From: Pristiophorus japonicus
Lineage: Eukaryota
Length of the DNA stretch: 64,000 nucleotides
NCBI RefSeq assembly: GCF_044704955.1
Contig: NC_092008.1
Coordinates: 2,356,001 to 2,420,000 of the forward strand
Direction: 5' to 3'
How positions within the stretch are numbered: the first letter of the stretch is position 1; each line of letters starts with the position of its first letter. The notes beneath the pieces are model-generated. The model ran no database searches. It was not told the origin of the DNA and saw only the letters and a list, made by a program, of their open reading frames with translations. Of the stretch, positions 38,410 to 51,334 are shown in pieces. A program made the position numbers and the translations under genes.

Positions 38410-39088
38410 GGAGGTGGTACTGAGGGAGCGCCGCACTGTCGGAGGGGCGGTACTGAGGGAGCGCCGCACTGTCGGAGGGGCGGTACTGAGGGAGTGCCGC
38501 ACTGTCGGAGGGGCGGTACTGAGGGAGTGCCGCACTGTCGGAGGGGCGGTACTGAGGGAGTGCCGCACTGTCGGAGGGGCGGTACTGAGAGAGTGCCGCA
38601 CTGTCAGAGGGGCGGTACTGAGGGAGCCCCGCACTGTCGAAGGGGCGGTACTGAGGGAGTGCCGCACTGTCGGAGGGGCGGTACTGAGGGAGCGCCGCTC
38701 TATCGGAGGGGCGGTACTGAGGGAGTGCCGCACTGTCGGAGGGGCAGTACTGAGGGAGTGCCGCACTGTCGGAGGGGCGGTACTGAGGGAGCGCCGCTCT
38801 ATCGGAGGGGCGGTACTGAGGGAGCGCCGCACTGTCGGAGGGGCGGTACTGAGGGAGTGCCGCACTGTCGGAGGGGCGGTACTGAGGGAGCGCCGCTCTA
38901 TCGGAGGGGCGGTACTGAGGGAGCGCCGCACTGTCGGAGGGGCGGTACTGAGGGAGTGCCGCACTGTCGGAGGGGCGGTACTGAGGGAGTGCCGCACTGT
39001 CGGAGGGGCGGTACTGAGGGAGTGCCGCACTGTCGGAGGGGTGGTACTGAGGGAGTGCCGCACTGTCAGAGGGGCGCTACTGAGGGAG
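38410..39088 (+). repeat. 33-bp minisatellite
   Basis: Direct reading. Confidence 0.95.
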
Positions 39089-39126
39089 TACCTCCTCCTT
39101 TAATCTCCTTCTCCTTCCCGCCGTAG

Positions 39127-39604
39127 ATCGCACGGACCACGCCGACGATGATGAACGTTCCCGGCCGAGTCTGAAGACTTTATTTCCGCGTGTGTCCGCC
39201 TCAATTTTCTGGGTTTTTTTGTTTCCGACGAGTGCCCTCGAGGTTCACTTGCTCCGTGATCTGTTTGTGTGTTTTCCCGCTGGGGGTGGGGTTTGGGATG
39301 AATCGCGCCCATTGGCGGTCGGAATTGGATCCCGCCGTTTCCGAGACACCGTCAGCGCTCCAACGCCGATTTTACCGCCTGGCTCCGACTGTCCAAACAC
39401 GAGGGAGCAGCGCGAACGGTGTCGGTGCTCACCACCCACTCGGGCGGGGGCGCGGGAGGCCCGACCGAATCTCCCGACGGCAGCCTACCGCCACCCTGGC
39501 TGCAAACCGGGAAGTAAAAAGTAGTAACTGAAACTTCTCCGACACACAAACTTCTGCCCCCCACCGCTCTTAAATCTAACGAAAACAAGGCGGAAACCAA
39601 TAAA
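39127..39604 (+). other. WB: Probable non-coding last exon (3' UTR) of WB with AATAAA at 39599-39604
   Basis: Pyrimidine-rich acceptor ctccttctccttcccgccgtag ending at 39126, downstream of the donor at 38234; canonical polyA signal. Confidence 0.5.
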
Positions 39605-40380
39605 GAGAGATACTTACCTTCCTCTCTGGGCGATTGCGCCCGACACCCGCTCTTTAACTGCCGCGTTTCCCTGCCCGTACGGTAGTCGCAACAGGAAAAC
39701 TTCGCGACGGAGGCGTGGCGTGCTGGATGGAGTCACCGCGGCATTAGCTGGCGCAGTGTTCCCTCTCGGCGCCTCGGCCAAAGAGCCGACTGAATTTCAG
39801 CCGGAGCGCGGCACGCCTCTGACCGATGATGGTAGCAGCCGTTGACCACGACCCCAATCGCGACCCCCTTCGCGCTGCGAAATGCCGGCAGATTAATGGA
39901 GGGGCACCTTCGGCGTCTCCCCAGCGCGCGGTCAGTAAAGCACCGGGGGGGGGGGGGTCAGGGTTATTTGTTGCAGCCGGTAATTTGCGTCGGCGGGATC
40001 GCGGGGACAGCGACGGAGCGACTCTCTCCTCTCGCACTGTTTTCCACAATGTAAACTGCTGTATCTGCTCTTAAACTGTTTCAAATTAAAGCTGACACAC
40101 TGGTGTTCACAATCTCAGGCATTCCGCCGAAATACTTCAACCGAGAAATTACAATCATCGAGTCATTGATGGTCACAGCGCAGGAGGCCATTCGGCCCCT
40201 CTAGCCCGTGCCCCACACGCGCCCGGTCCCACTGCCCCGCCCTCTCCCCGGAGCCTCGCTAATCCGATTCCTTCGGGTATTTATCCAACTCCCTATTGAA
40301 AGCCGCGATTGAGTCTGTCTCCAGCGCCCTCACAGGCAGCGCGTTCCCGATCCTACCCACTCGCTGCGTAAAGAGGTTTT

Positions 40381-43070
40381 ACTGTCGGAGGGGCGGTACT
40401 GAGGGAGCGCCGCACTGTCGGAGGGGCGGTACTGAGGGAGTGGCGCACTGTCGGAGGGGCGGTACTGAGTGAGTGCCACACTGTCGGAGGGGCGGTACTG
40501 AGGGAGCGCCGCACTGTCGGAGGGGCGGTACTGAGGGAGCGCCGCACTGTCGGAGAGCCGGTACTGAGGGAGTGCCACACTGTCGGAGGGGCGTTACTGA
40601 GGGAGCGCCGCACTGTCGGAGGGGCGGTACGGAGGGAGTGCCACACTGTCGGAGGGGCGGTACTGAGGGAGCGCCGCACTGTCGGAGGGGTGGTACTGAG
40701 GGAGTGCCACACTGTCGGAGGGGCGGTACTGAGGGAGCGCCGCACTGTCGGAGGGGCTGTATTTCGGGATGAGACATTAAACCGAGGCCCCGTCTGCCCT
40801 CTCGGGTGGATGTAAAAGATCCCGGGGCCACTATTGGAAGAAGAGCAGGGGGAGTTCTCCCCGGTGTCCTGGGGCCAATATTTATCCCTCGACCAACATC
40901 ACTAAAACAGACGATCCGGGTCATTATCACATCGCTGTGTGTGGGAGCTTGCTGTGCGCCAATTGGCGTTTCCCACATTACAACAGGGAGCGCACTCCGA
41001 TTGTACTTCATTGTCTGTGAGGCGCTTTGGGACGCCCTGAGGTGGGTGACAGGTGCTATATAAATGCACATCTGTCTTTACTTGCGGGACTGTGAGCACT
41101 AACGTTACCTTGCGTTTTGCTAGATGGCAGTGTTGGATGGAGAATGCCTTTGTTCACTGCCCTGTGGTGAGCCCTGAACCTCTCACCAGACCCACGTTCT
41201 TTTAGTGTGTCCTCGATTCAGGGAAACCACCGGACAAACCCCACCCGCTCTCAAAGAGGAAGAACGCACAACAAAAGATAAACACAACCTTCATTTATAT
41301 AGCGCCTTTGACGTAGTGAAACGTCCCCAGGTGCTACACAGGAGCGATTATCAAACACAATTTGACCCCGAGCTACATAAGGAGATATTAGGGACAGGTG
41401 ACCAAAAGCTGGGTCACAGAGGGAGGTTTTAAGGAGCGTCTTGAAGGAGGAGAGAGAGGCGGAGAGGTTTAGGGAGGGAGTTCCAGAGCTTGGGGCCCAG
41501 GCAACAGAAGGCATGGCCTCCGATGGTGGAGCGATTATAATCAGGGATGGTCAGGAGGGCAGAATTAGAGGGGTGCAGAGATCTCGGGGGGGGGGGGGGT
41601 GGGGGTTACAGAGATAGGGAGGGGTGTAGGGGCTGGAGGGGGTTACAGAGATAGGGAGGGGTGTAGGGGACTGGAGGCGGTTACAGAGATACGGAGGAGT
41701 GTAGGGGCTGGAAGAGGTAACAGAGATAGGGAGGGGTGTAGGGGCTGGAGGGGGTTACAGAGATAGGGAGGAGTGTAGGGGCTGGAGGAGGTAACAGAGA
41801 TAGGGAGGGGTGTAGGGCTGGAGGAGGTTACAGAGATAGGGAGGGGTGTAGGGGCTGGAGGAGGTAACAGAGATAGGGAGGGGTGTAGGGGCTGGAAGAG
41901 GTAACAGAGATAGGGAGGGGCGTAGGGGCTGGAGGGGGTTATAGAGATAGGGAGGGGTGTAGGGGCTGGAGGGGGTTACAGAGACAGGGAGGGGTGTAGG
42001 GGCTGGAGGGGGTTGCAGAGATAGGGAGGGGTGTAGGGGGTGGAGGAGGTAACAGAGATAGGGAGGAGTGTAGGGGCTGGAGGAGGTTACAGAGCTAGGG
42101 ACGGGTGTAGGGGCTGGAGGAGGTTACAGAGATAGGGAGGGGTGCAGGGGCTGGAGGAGGTTACAGAGCTAGGGAGGTGTGTAGGGACTGGAAGGGGTTA
42201 CAGAGATAGAGAGAGATGAAGGCCATGGAGGCATTTGAAGAGGAGGATGAGAATTTTGAAATCGAGGCGTTGTTTAACTGGGAGCCAATGTAGGTCAGCG
42301 AGCACAGAGGGTGATGGGTGAGTGGGACTCGGTGCGAGTTAGGACACGGGGTCAGTGAGCACAGGGGGTGATGGGTGAGTGGGACTGGGTGCGAGTTAGG
42401 ACACGGGGTCAGTGAGCACAGGGGGTGATGGGTGAGCGGGACTGGGTGCGAGTTAGGACACGGGGTCAGTGAGCACAGGGGGTGATGGGTGAGCGGGACT
42501 CGGTGCGAGTTAGGACACGGGGTCAGTGAGCACAGTGGGTGATGGGTGAGCGGGACTGGGTGTGAGTTAAGACACGGGGTCAGTGAGCACAGGGGGTGAT
42601 GGGTGAGCGGGACTGGGTGCGAGTTAGGACACGGGGCAGTGAGCACAGGGGGTGATGGGTGAGTGGGACTCGGTGCGAGTTAGGACACGGGGCAGTGAGC
42701 ACAGGGGGTGATGGGTGAGTGGGACTCGGTGCGAGTTAGGACACGGGGTCAGCGAGCACAGGGTGTGATGGGTGATTGAGACTGGGTGTGAGTTAGAACA
42801 CGGGGTCAGTGAGCACAGGGGGTGATGGGTGAGCGGGACTGGGTGTGAGTTAGGACACGGGGCACAGGGGGTGATGGGTGAGCGGGACTGGGTGCGAGTT
42901 AGGACAGGGGGTCAGCGAGCACAGGGTGTGATGGGTGAGTGGGACTGGATGTGAGTTAGAACACGGGGTCAGTGAGCACAGGGGGTGATGGGTGAGCGGG
43001 ACTGGGTGTGAGTTAGGACACGGGGCACAGCGGGTGATGGGTGAGCGGGACTCGGTGCGAGTTGGAATAT
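40381..43070. repeat. SINE with 33-bp array, then L2-like end with 37-bp and 57-bp arrays
   Basis: Inverted paralog of 5530-7790. Confidence 0.85.
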
Positions 43071-43149
43071 TGCACTGAAGTGTCAGCGTATAATTTTGTG
43101 CTCAAGTCTCTGGGGGGGATTTCCACCCCACAAAATGTTCTGCCTCAGA

Positions 43150-46100
43150 GGGGCCGCACTGTCAGAGGGGCGGTACTGAGGGAGCTCCGCACTGTCGGAG
43201 GGGCGGTACTGAGGGAGCTCCGCACTGTCGGAGGGGCAATACTGAGGGAGCTCCGCACTGTCGAAGGGGCAGTACTGAGGGAGCACCGCACTGTCGGAGG
43301 GGCAGTACTGAGGGAGCATCGCACTGTCGGAGGGGCGGTACTGAGGGAGCTCCGCACTGTCGGAGGGGCAGTACTGAGGGAGCACCGCACTGTCGGAGGG
43401 GCGGTACTGAGGGAGCTCCGCACTGTCGGAGGGGCAGTACTGAGGGAGCGCCGCACTGTCGGAGGGGCGGTACTGAGGGAGCGCCGCACTGTCGGAGGGG
43501 CAGTACTGAGGGAGTGCCGCACTGTCGGAGGGGCAGTACTGAGGGAGTGCCGCACTGTCGGAGGGGCGGTACTGAGGGAGAGCCGTACTGTCGGAGGGGC
43601 AGTACTGAGGGAGCGCCGCACTGTCGTACGAGCGGTACTGAGGGAGCCCCACAGTGTCGGAGGGGCAGTACTGAGGGAGTGCCACACTGTCGGAGGGGCA
43701 GTACTGAGGGAGTGCCGCACTGTCGGAGGGGCAGTACTGAGGCAGCGCCGCACTGTCGGAGGGGCGGTACTGAGGGAGTGCCGTACTGTCGGAGGAGCGG
43801 TACTGAGGGAGCCCCGCACTGTCGGAGGGGCAGTACTGAGGGAGTCCCGCACTGTCGGAGGGGCAGTGCTGAGGAAGTGCCGCACTGTCGGAGGGTAGTA
43901 CTGAGGGAGTCCCGCACTGTCGGAGGGGCAGTACTGAGGGAGTCCCGCACTGTCGGAGGGGCGGTACTGAGGGAGTGCCGCACTGTCGGAGGGGCGGTAC
44001 TGAGGGAGTTCCGCACTGTCGGAGGGGCGGTACTGAGGGAGCGCCGCACTGTCGGAGGGGCGGTACTGAGAGAGCCCCGCACTGTCGGAGGGGCGGTACT
44101 GAGGGAGCACCGCACTGTCGGAGGGGTGGTACTGAGGGAGCTCCGCACTGTCGGAGGGGCAGTACTGAGGGAGCTCCGCACTGTCGGAGGGGCGGTACTG
44201 AGGGAGCGCCGCACTGTCGGAGGGGCAGTACTGAGGGAGCCCCGCACTGTCGGAGGGGCAGTACTGAGGGAGCCCCGCACTGTCGGAGGGGCAGTACTGA
44301 GGGAGCGACGCACTGTCGGAGGGGCAGTACTGAGGGAGCGCCGCACTGTCGGAGGGGCAGTACTGAGGGAGCGCCGCACTGTCGGAGGGGCGGTACTGAG
44401 GGAGTACCGGAGGGGCAGTACTGAGGGAGCACCGCACTGTCGGAGGGGCAGTACTGAGGGAGCGCCGTACTGGCGGAGGGGCAGTACTGAGGGAGCCCCG
44501 CACTGTCGGAGGGGCAGTACTGAGGGAGCCCCGCACTGTCGGAGGGGCAGTACTGAGGGAGCGACGCACTGTCGGAGGGGCAGTACTGAGGGAGAGCCGC
44601 ACTGTCGGAGGGGCGGTACTGAGGGAGTACCGGAGGGGCAGTACTGAGGGAGCGCCGCACTGTCGGAGGGGCGGTACTGAGGGAGTACCGGAGGGGCAGT
44701 ACTGAGGGAGCACCGCACTGTCGGAGGGTCGGTACTGAGGGAGAGCCGTACTGTCGGAGGGGCAGTACTGAGGGAGCGCCGCACTGTCGTACGAGCGGTA
44801 CTGAGGGAGGCCCACAGTGTTGGAGGGGCAGTACTGAGGGAGTGCCACACTGTCGGAGGGGCGGTACTGAGGGAGTGCCGTACTGTCGGAGGAGCGGTAC
44901 TGAGGGAGCCCCGCACTGTCGGAGGGGCAGTACTGAGGGAGTCCCGCACTGTCGGAGGAGCGGTACTGAGGGAGTGCTGCACTGTCGGAGGGGCGGTACT
45001 GAGGGAGTGCCGCACTGTCGGAGGGGCAGTACTGAGGGAGCCCCGCACTGTCGGAGGGGCAGTACTGAGGGAGTGCCGCACTGTCGGAGGGGCAGTGCTG
45101 AGGAAGTGCCGCACTGTCGGAGGGGCAGTACTGAGGGAGTCCCGCACTGTCGGAGGGGCGGTACTGAGAGAGCCCCGCACTGTCGGAGGGGCGGTACTGA
45201 GGGAGCACCGCACTGTCGGAGGGGCGGTACTGAGGGAGCTCCGCACTGTCGGAGGGGCAGTACTGAGGGAGCACCGCACTGTCGGAGGGGCGGTACTGAG
45301 GGAGCGCCGCACTGTTGGAGGGGCGGTACTGAGGGAGTGCCGCACTGTCGGAGGGGCAGTACTGAGGGAGCCCCGCACTGTCGGAGGGGCAGTACTGAGG
45401 GAGCCCCGCACTGTCGGAGGGGCAGTACTGAGGGAGCGACGCACTGTCGGAGGGGCAGTACTGAGGGAGCGCCGCACTGTCGGAGGGGCAGTACTGAGGG
45501 AGCGCCGCACTGTCGGAGGGGCGGTACTGAGGGAGTACCGGAGGGGCAGTACTGAGGGAGCACCGCACTGTCGGAGGGGCGGTACTGAGGGAGAGCCGTA
45601 CTGTCGGAGGGGCAGTACTGAGGGAGCCCCGCACTGTCGGAGGGGCGGTACTGAGGGAGCCCCACAGTATCGGAGGGGCAGTACTGAGGGAGTGCCACAC
45701 TGTCGGAGGGGCAGTACTGAGGGAGTGCCGCACTGTCGGAGGGGCAGTACTGAGGCAGCGCTGCACTGTCGGAGGGGCGGTACTGAGGGAGTGCCGTACT
45801 GTCGGAGGAGCGGTACTGAGGGAGCCCCGCACTGTCGGAGGGGCAGTACTGAGGGAGTCCCGCACTGTCGGAGGAGCGGTACTGAGGGAGTGCCGCACTG
45901 TCGGAGGGGCAGTACTGAGGCAGCGCTGCACTGTCGGAGGGGCGGTACTGAGGGAGTGCCGTACTGTCGGAGGAGCGGTACTGAGGGAGCCCCGCACTGT
46001 CGGAGGGGCAGTACTGAGGGAGTCCCGCACTGTCGGAGGAGCGGTACTGAGGGAGTGCCGCACTGTCGGAGGGGCGGTACTGAGGGAGTGCCGCACTGTC

Positions 46101-48830
46101 GGAGGGGCAGTACTGAGGGAGCCCCGCACTGTCGGAGGGGCAGTACTGAGGGAGTGCCGCACTGTCGGAGGGGCAGTGCTGAGGGAGCCCCGCACTGTCG
46201 GAGGGGCAGTACTGAGGGAGCCCCGCACTGTCGGAGGGGCAGTACTGAGGGAGTCCCGCACTGTCGGAGGGACGGTACTGAGGGAGTGCCGCACTGTCGG
46301 AGGGGCGGTACTGAGGGAGTGCCGCACTGTCGGAGGGACGGTACTGAGGGAGTGCCGCACTGTCGGAGGGGCAGTACTGAGGGAGTGCCGCACTGTCGGA
46401 GGGGCGGTACTGAGGGAGCGCCGCACTGTCGGAGGGGCAGTACTGAGGGAGCGCCGCACTGTCGGAGGGGCGGTACTGAGGGAGTACCGGAGGGGCAGTA
46501 CTGAGGGAGCACCGCACTGTCGGAGGGGCAGTACTGAGGGAGCGCCGTACTGTCGGAGGGGCAGTACTGAGGGAGCCCCGCACTGTCGGAGGGGCAGTAC
46601 TGAGGGAGCCCCGCACTGTCGGAGGGGCAGTACTGAGGGAGCGACGCACTGTCGGAGGGGCAGTACTGAGGGAGAGCCGCACTGTCGGAGGGGCGGTACT
46701 GAGGGAGTACCGGAGGGGCAGTACTGAGGGAGCGCCGCACTGTCGGAGGGGCGGTACTGAGGGAGTACCGGAGGGGCAGTACTGAGGGAGCACCGCACTG
46801 TCGGAGGGGCAGTACTGAGGGAGAGCCGTACTGTCGGAGGGGCAGCACTGAGGGAGCGCCGCACTGTCGTACGAGCGGTACTGAGGGAGGCCCACAGTGT
46901 TGGAGGGGCAGTACTGAGGGAGTGCCACACTGTCGGAGGGGCGGTACTGAGGGAGTGCCGTACTGTCGGAGGAGCGGTACTGAGGGAGCCCCGCACTGTC
47001 GGAGGGGCAGTACTGAGGGAGTCCCGCACTGTCGGAGGAGCGGTACTGAGGGAGTGCTGCACTGTCGGAGGGGCGGTACTGAGGGAGTGCCGCACTGTCG
47101 GAGGGGCAGTACTGAGGGAGCCCCGCACTGTCGGAGGGGCAGTACTGAGGGAGTGCCGCACTGTCGGAGGGGCAGTGCTGAGGAAGTGCCGCACTGTCGG
47201 AGGGGCAGTACTGAGGGAGTCCCGCACTGTCGGAGGGGCGGTACTGAGAGAGCCCCGCACTGTCGGAGGGGCGGTACTGAGGGAGCACCGCACTGTCGGA
47301 GGGGCGGTACTGAGGGAGCTCCGCACTGTCGGAGGGGCAGTACTGAGGGAGCACCGCACTGTCGGAGGGGCGGTACTGAGGGAGCGCCGCACTGTTGGAG
47401 GGGCGGTACTGAGGGAGTGCCGCACTGTCGGAGGGGCAGTACTGAGGGAGCCCCGCACTGTCGGAGGGGCAGTACTGAGGGAGCCCCGCACTGTCGGAGG
47501 GGCAGTACTGAGGGAGCGACGCACTGTCGGAGGGGCAGTACTGAGGGAGCGCCGCACTGTCGGAGGGGCAGTACTGAGGGAGCGCCGCACTGTCGGAGGG
47601 GCGGTACTGAGGGAGTACCGGAGGGGCAGTACTGAGGGAGCACCGCACTGTCGGAGGGGCGGTACTGAGGGAGAGCCGTACTGTCGGAGGGGCAGTACTG
47701 AGGGAGCCCCGCACTGTCGGAGGGGCGGTACTGAGGGAGCCCCACAGTGTCGGAGGGGCAGTACTGAGGGAGTGCCACACTGTCGGAGGGGCAGTACTGA
47801 GGGAGTGCCGCACCGTCGGAGGGGCAGTACTGAGGCAGCGCTGCACTGTCGGAGGGGCGGTACTGAGGGAGTGCCGTACTGTCGGAGGAGCGGTACTGAG
47901 GGAGCCCCGCACTGTCGGAGGGGCAGTACTGAGGGAGTCCCGCACTGTCGGAGGAGCGGTACTGAGGGAGTGCCGCACTGTCGGAGGGGCAGTACTGAGG
48001 CAGCGCTGCACTGTCGGAGGGGCGGTACTGAGGGAGTGCCGTACTGTCGGAGGAGCGGTACTGAGGGAGCCCCGCACTGTCGGAGGGGCAGTACTGAGGG
48101 AGTCCCGCACTGTCGGAGGAGCGGTACTGAGGGAGTGCCGCACTGTCGGAGGGGCGGTACTGAGGGAGTGCCGCACTGTCGGAGGGGCAGTACTGAGGGA
48201 GCCCCGCACTGTCGGAGGGGCAGTACTGAGGGAGTGCCGCACTGTCGGAGGGGCAGTGCTGAGGGAGCCCCGCACTGTCGGAGGGGCAGTACTGAGGGAG
48301 CCCCGCACTGTCGGAGGGGCAGTACTGAGGGAGTCCCGCACTGTCGGAGGGACGGTACTGAGGGAGTGCCGCACTGTCGGAGGGGCGGTACTGAGGGAGT
48401 GCCGCACTGTCGGAGGGACGGTACTGAGGGAGTGCCGCACTGTCGGAGGGGCAGTACTGAGGGAGTGCCGCACTGTCGGAGGGGTGGTACTGAGGGAGCG
48501 CCGCACTGTCGGAGGGGTGGTACTGAGGGAGTGCCGCACTGTCGGAGGGGCAGTACTGAGGGAGTGCCGCACTGTCGGAGGGGCGGTACTGAGGGAGTCC
48601 CGCACTGTCGGAGGGACGGTACTGAGGGAGTGCCGCACTGTCGGAGGGGCGGTACTGAGGGAGCGCCGCACTGTCGGAGGGGCGGTACTGAGGGAGCCCC
48701 GCACTATCGGAGGGACAGTACTGAGGGAGTGCCGCACTGTCGGAGGGGCGGTACTGAGGGAGCCCCGCACTGTCGGAGGGGCGGTACTGAGGGAGCGCCG
48801 CACTGTCGGAGGGGCAGTACTGAGGGAGAG
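43150..48830 (+). repeat. 5.7-kb 33-bp satellite with a 2080-bp higher-order duplication
   Basis: Near-identical ORFs recur at +2080 (44842/46922, 45095/47175, 46176/48256). Confidence 0.95.
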
Positions 48831-49067
48831 GCGGATGTGTGATGGTCTCTGGTGGATAGATGTCGAAGGAGAGCAGGGGCAGTTCTCCCTGTCATGAACC
48901 CTCGAGGGGATTCACAGTTCTTAGTTGTATACCTCGCTGGTCTCTGTGGTACAGATCACGAGCTGTTTGACAGGGCAGCCTGGTTTAACCCGCACTGTCC
49001 CCGGCTAGGCTCAGGAACTACCTGCGGGGGAAGTGGTCTCAATGGGGACAGCGTCAGCTTCTTGTAG

Positions 49068-49985
49068 CAACAGGAGGAGGCCGTTCAGCCCCTCGAGCCT
49101 GTTACATTAGGGACAGGAGGAGGCCGTTCAGCCCCTCGAGCCTGTTACATTAGGAACAGGAGGAGGCCGTTCAGCCCCTCGAGCCTGTTACATTAGGGAC
49201 AGGAGGAGGCCGTTCAGCCCCTCGAGCCTGTTACATTAGGGACAGGAGACTGTTCAGCCCCTCGAGCCTGTTACATTAGGGATAGGAGGAGGCCGTTCAG
49301 CCCCTCGAGCCTGTTACATTAGGAACAGGAGACTGTTCAGCCCCTCGAGCCTGTTACATTAGGGATAGGAGGAGGCCGTTCAGCCCCTCGAGCCTGTTAC
49401 ATTAGGAACAGGAGGAGGCCGTTCAGCCCCTCGAGCCTGTTACATTAGGAACAGGAGGAGGCCGTTCAGCCCCTCGAGTCTGTTACATTAGGAACAGGAG
49501 ACTGTTCAGCCCCTCGAGCCTGTTACATTAGGGATAGGAGGAGGCCGTTCAGCCCCTCGAGCCTGTTACATTAGGAACAGGAGGAGGCCGTTCAGCCCCT
49601 CGAGCCTGTTACATTAGGAACAGGAGGAGGCCGTTCAGCCCCTCGAGCCTGTTACATTAGGGACAGGAGGAGGCCGTTCAGCCCCTCGAGCCTGTTACAT
49701 TAGAGACAGGAGGGGGCCGTTCAGCCCCTCGAGCCTGTTACATTAGGGACAGGAGGAGGCCGTTCAGCCCCTCGAGCCTGTTACATTAGGAACAGGAGGA
49801 GGCCGTTCAGCCCCTCGAGCCTGTTACATTAGGGACAGGAGGAGGCCGTTCAGCCCCTCGAGCCTGTTACATTAGGAACAGGAGGAGGCCGTTCAGCCCC
49901 TCGAGCCTGTTACATTAGGAACAGGAGGAGGCCGTTCAGCCCCTCGAGCCTGTTACATTAGGAACAGGAGGCCGTTCAGCCCCTC
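49068..49985 (-). repeat. 43-bp minisatellite
   Basis: Direct reading. Confidence 0.95.
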
Positions 49986-50423
49986 TCGAATACTCCTGTG
50001 AAGCCCCTTGCGACATTTCGTTACGTTAATGGCGCTATATTAATACAATTTGAAGTTGCTGTTCAGCACCAGTTATCAATTAGATTTCCCCGCGGCAAGA
50101 ATCATGGATGAAGAATTGACAAGCTGGTTGCCATTGTGTTTACTGATCAAGAGTATAGACAGAAGATTACCCCAGCCCCTGTGAACAATATCGGTTACCG
50201 GCTAAAATCACCCCACAAGCAAACGATGAATCTCCAATTAATGTTTCTGTTTGACACAACGTCCCATGATCCTCCTGTCGGTGAAGAATGGATGGTCTCT
50301 GATCGAACTTACGCCGAATCTGGAGACAAAGCAGACGGCAAGTATTTACCATATTGCAACGTGAATCCGGTCCAGGTCGTTTAAACATGTTCGGTATTTG
50401 TCCTACACTCGGTGTCAGCATCC

Positions 50424-50996
50424 GGGGTTAGATACAGAGTAAAGCTCCCTCTACACTGTCCCATCAAACACTCCCAGGGCAGGTACAGGGGGTTAGATAC
50501 AGAGTAAAGCTCCCTCTACACTGTCCCATCAAACACTCCCAGGGCAGGTACAGGGGATTAGATACAGAGTAAAGCTCCCTCTACACTGTCCCATCAAACA
50601 CTCCCAGGGCAGGTACAGGGGGTTAGATACAGAGTAAAGCTCCCTCTACCCTGTCCCATCAAACACTCCCAGGGCAGGTACAGGGGGTTAGATACAGAGT
50701 AAAGCTCCCTCGACACTGTCCCATCAAACACTCCCAGGGCAGGTACAGGGGGTTAGATACAGAGTAAAGCTCCCTCTACACTGTCCCATCAAACACTCCC
50801 AGGGCAGGTACAGGGGGTTAGATACAGAGTAAAGCTCCCTCTACACTGTCCCGTCAAACACTCCCAGGGCAGGTACAGGGGGTTAGATACAGAGTAAAGC
50901 TCCCTCGACACTGTCCCATCAAACACTCCCAGGGCAGGGACAGGGGGTTAGATACAGAGTAAAGCTCCCTATACACTGTCCCATCAAACACTCCCA
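50424..50996. repeat. ~65-bp minisatellite inside the predicted WA-2 3' UTR
   Basis: About 9 units, same unit as 9100-9546. Confidence 0.9.
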
Positions 50997-51294
50997 TTAA
51001 ACACAGTGCCAATTGGTGTTGAGTTCTGGGCCTGTGTTTTCCTGTGGGCCTGTGTCCATTCGACACTGGATTTCTGTTGCGGATGACGGGGTTAATCCGC
51101 GATGTTTCAATGTGTGCTCGGTTGCTGTCAGATGGAACCGTTGGAGAATGTTTGGGACGGGGTTAAAGTTCCCGGACACTGGATCGTGAACCAATGCCGT
51201 GTCTGGTCACCGTGACGGTGACACCGGGTGGAACTTGCAATGGGGTTAATCACACTGACCTTTCTCCGTCACGTCTCCATCCTCTCCCTCGAGC

Positions 51295-51334
51295 TCACTG
51301 CTTGCCGACCCGTCCAGCGCAAAGCTTAGCCGGC
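51295..51334 (-). CDS. WA: WA-2 exon 5, cytoplasmic tail and stop
   Basis: [13 protein letters not shown], identical to WA-1 exon 5. Confidence 0.75.

Noticed and set aside
43083-48803. Very long ORFs (up to 1906 aa)
   Set aside because: Stop-free frames of the 33-bp satellite, open on both strands; no protein signal.
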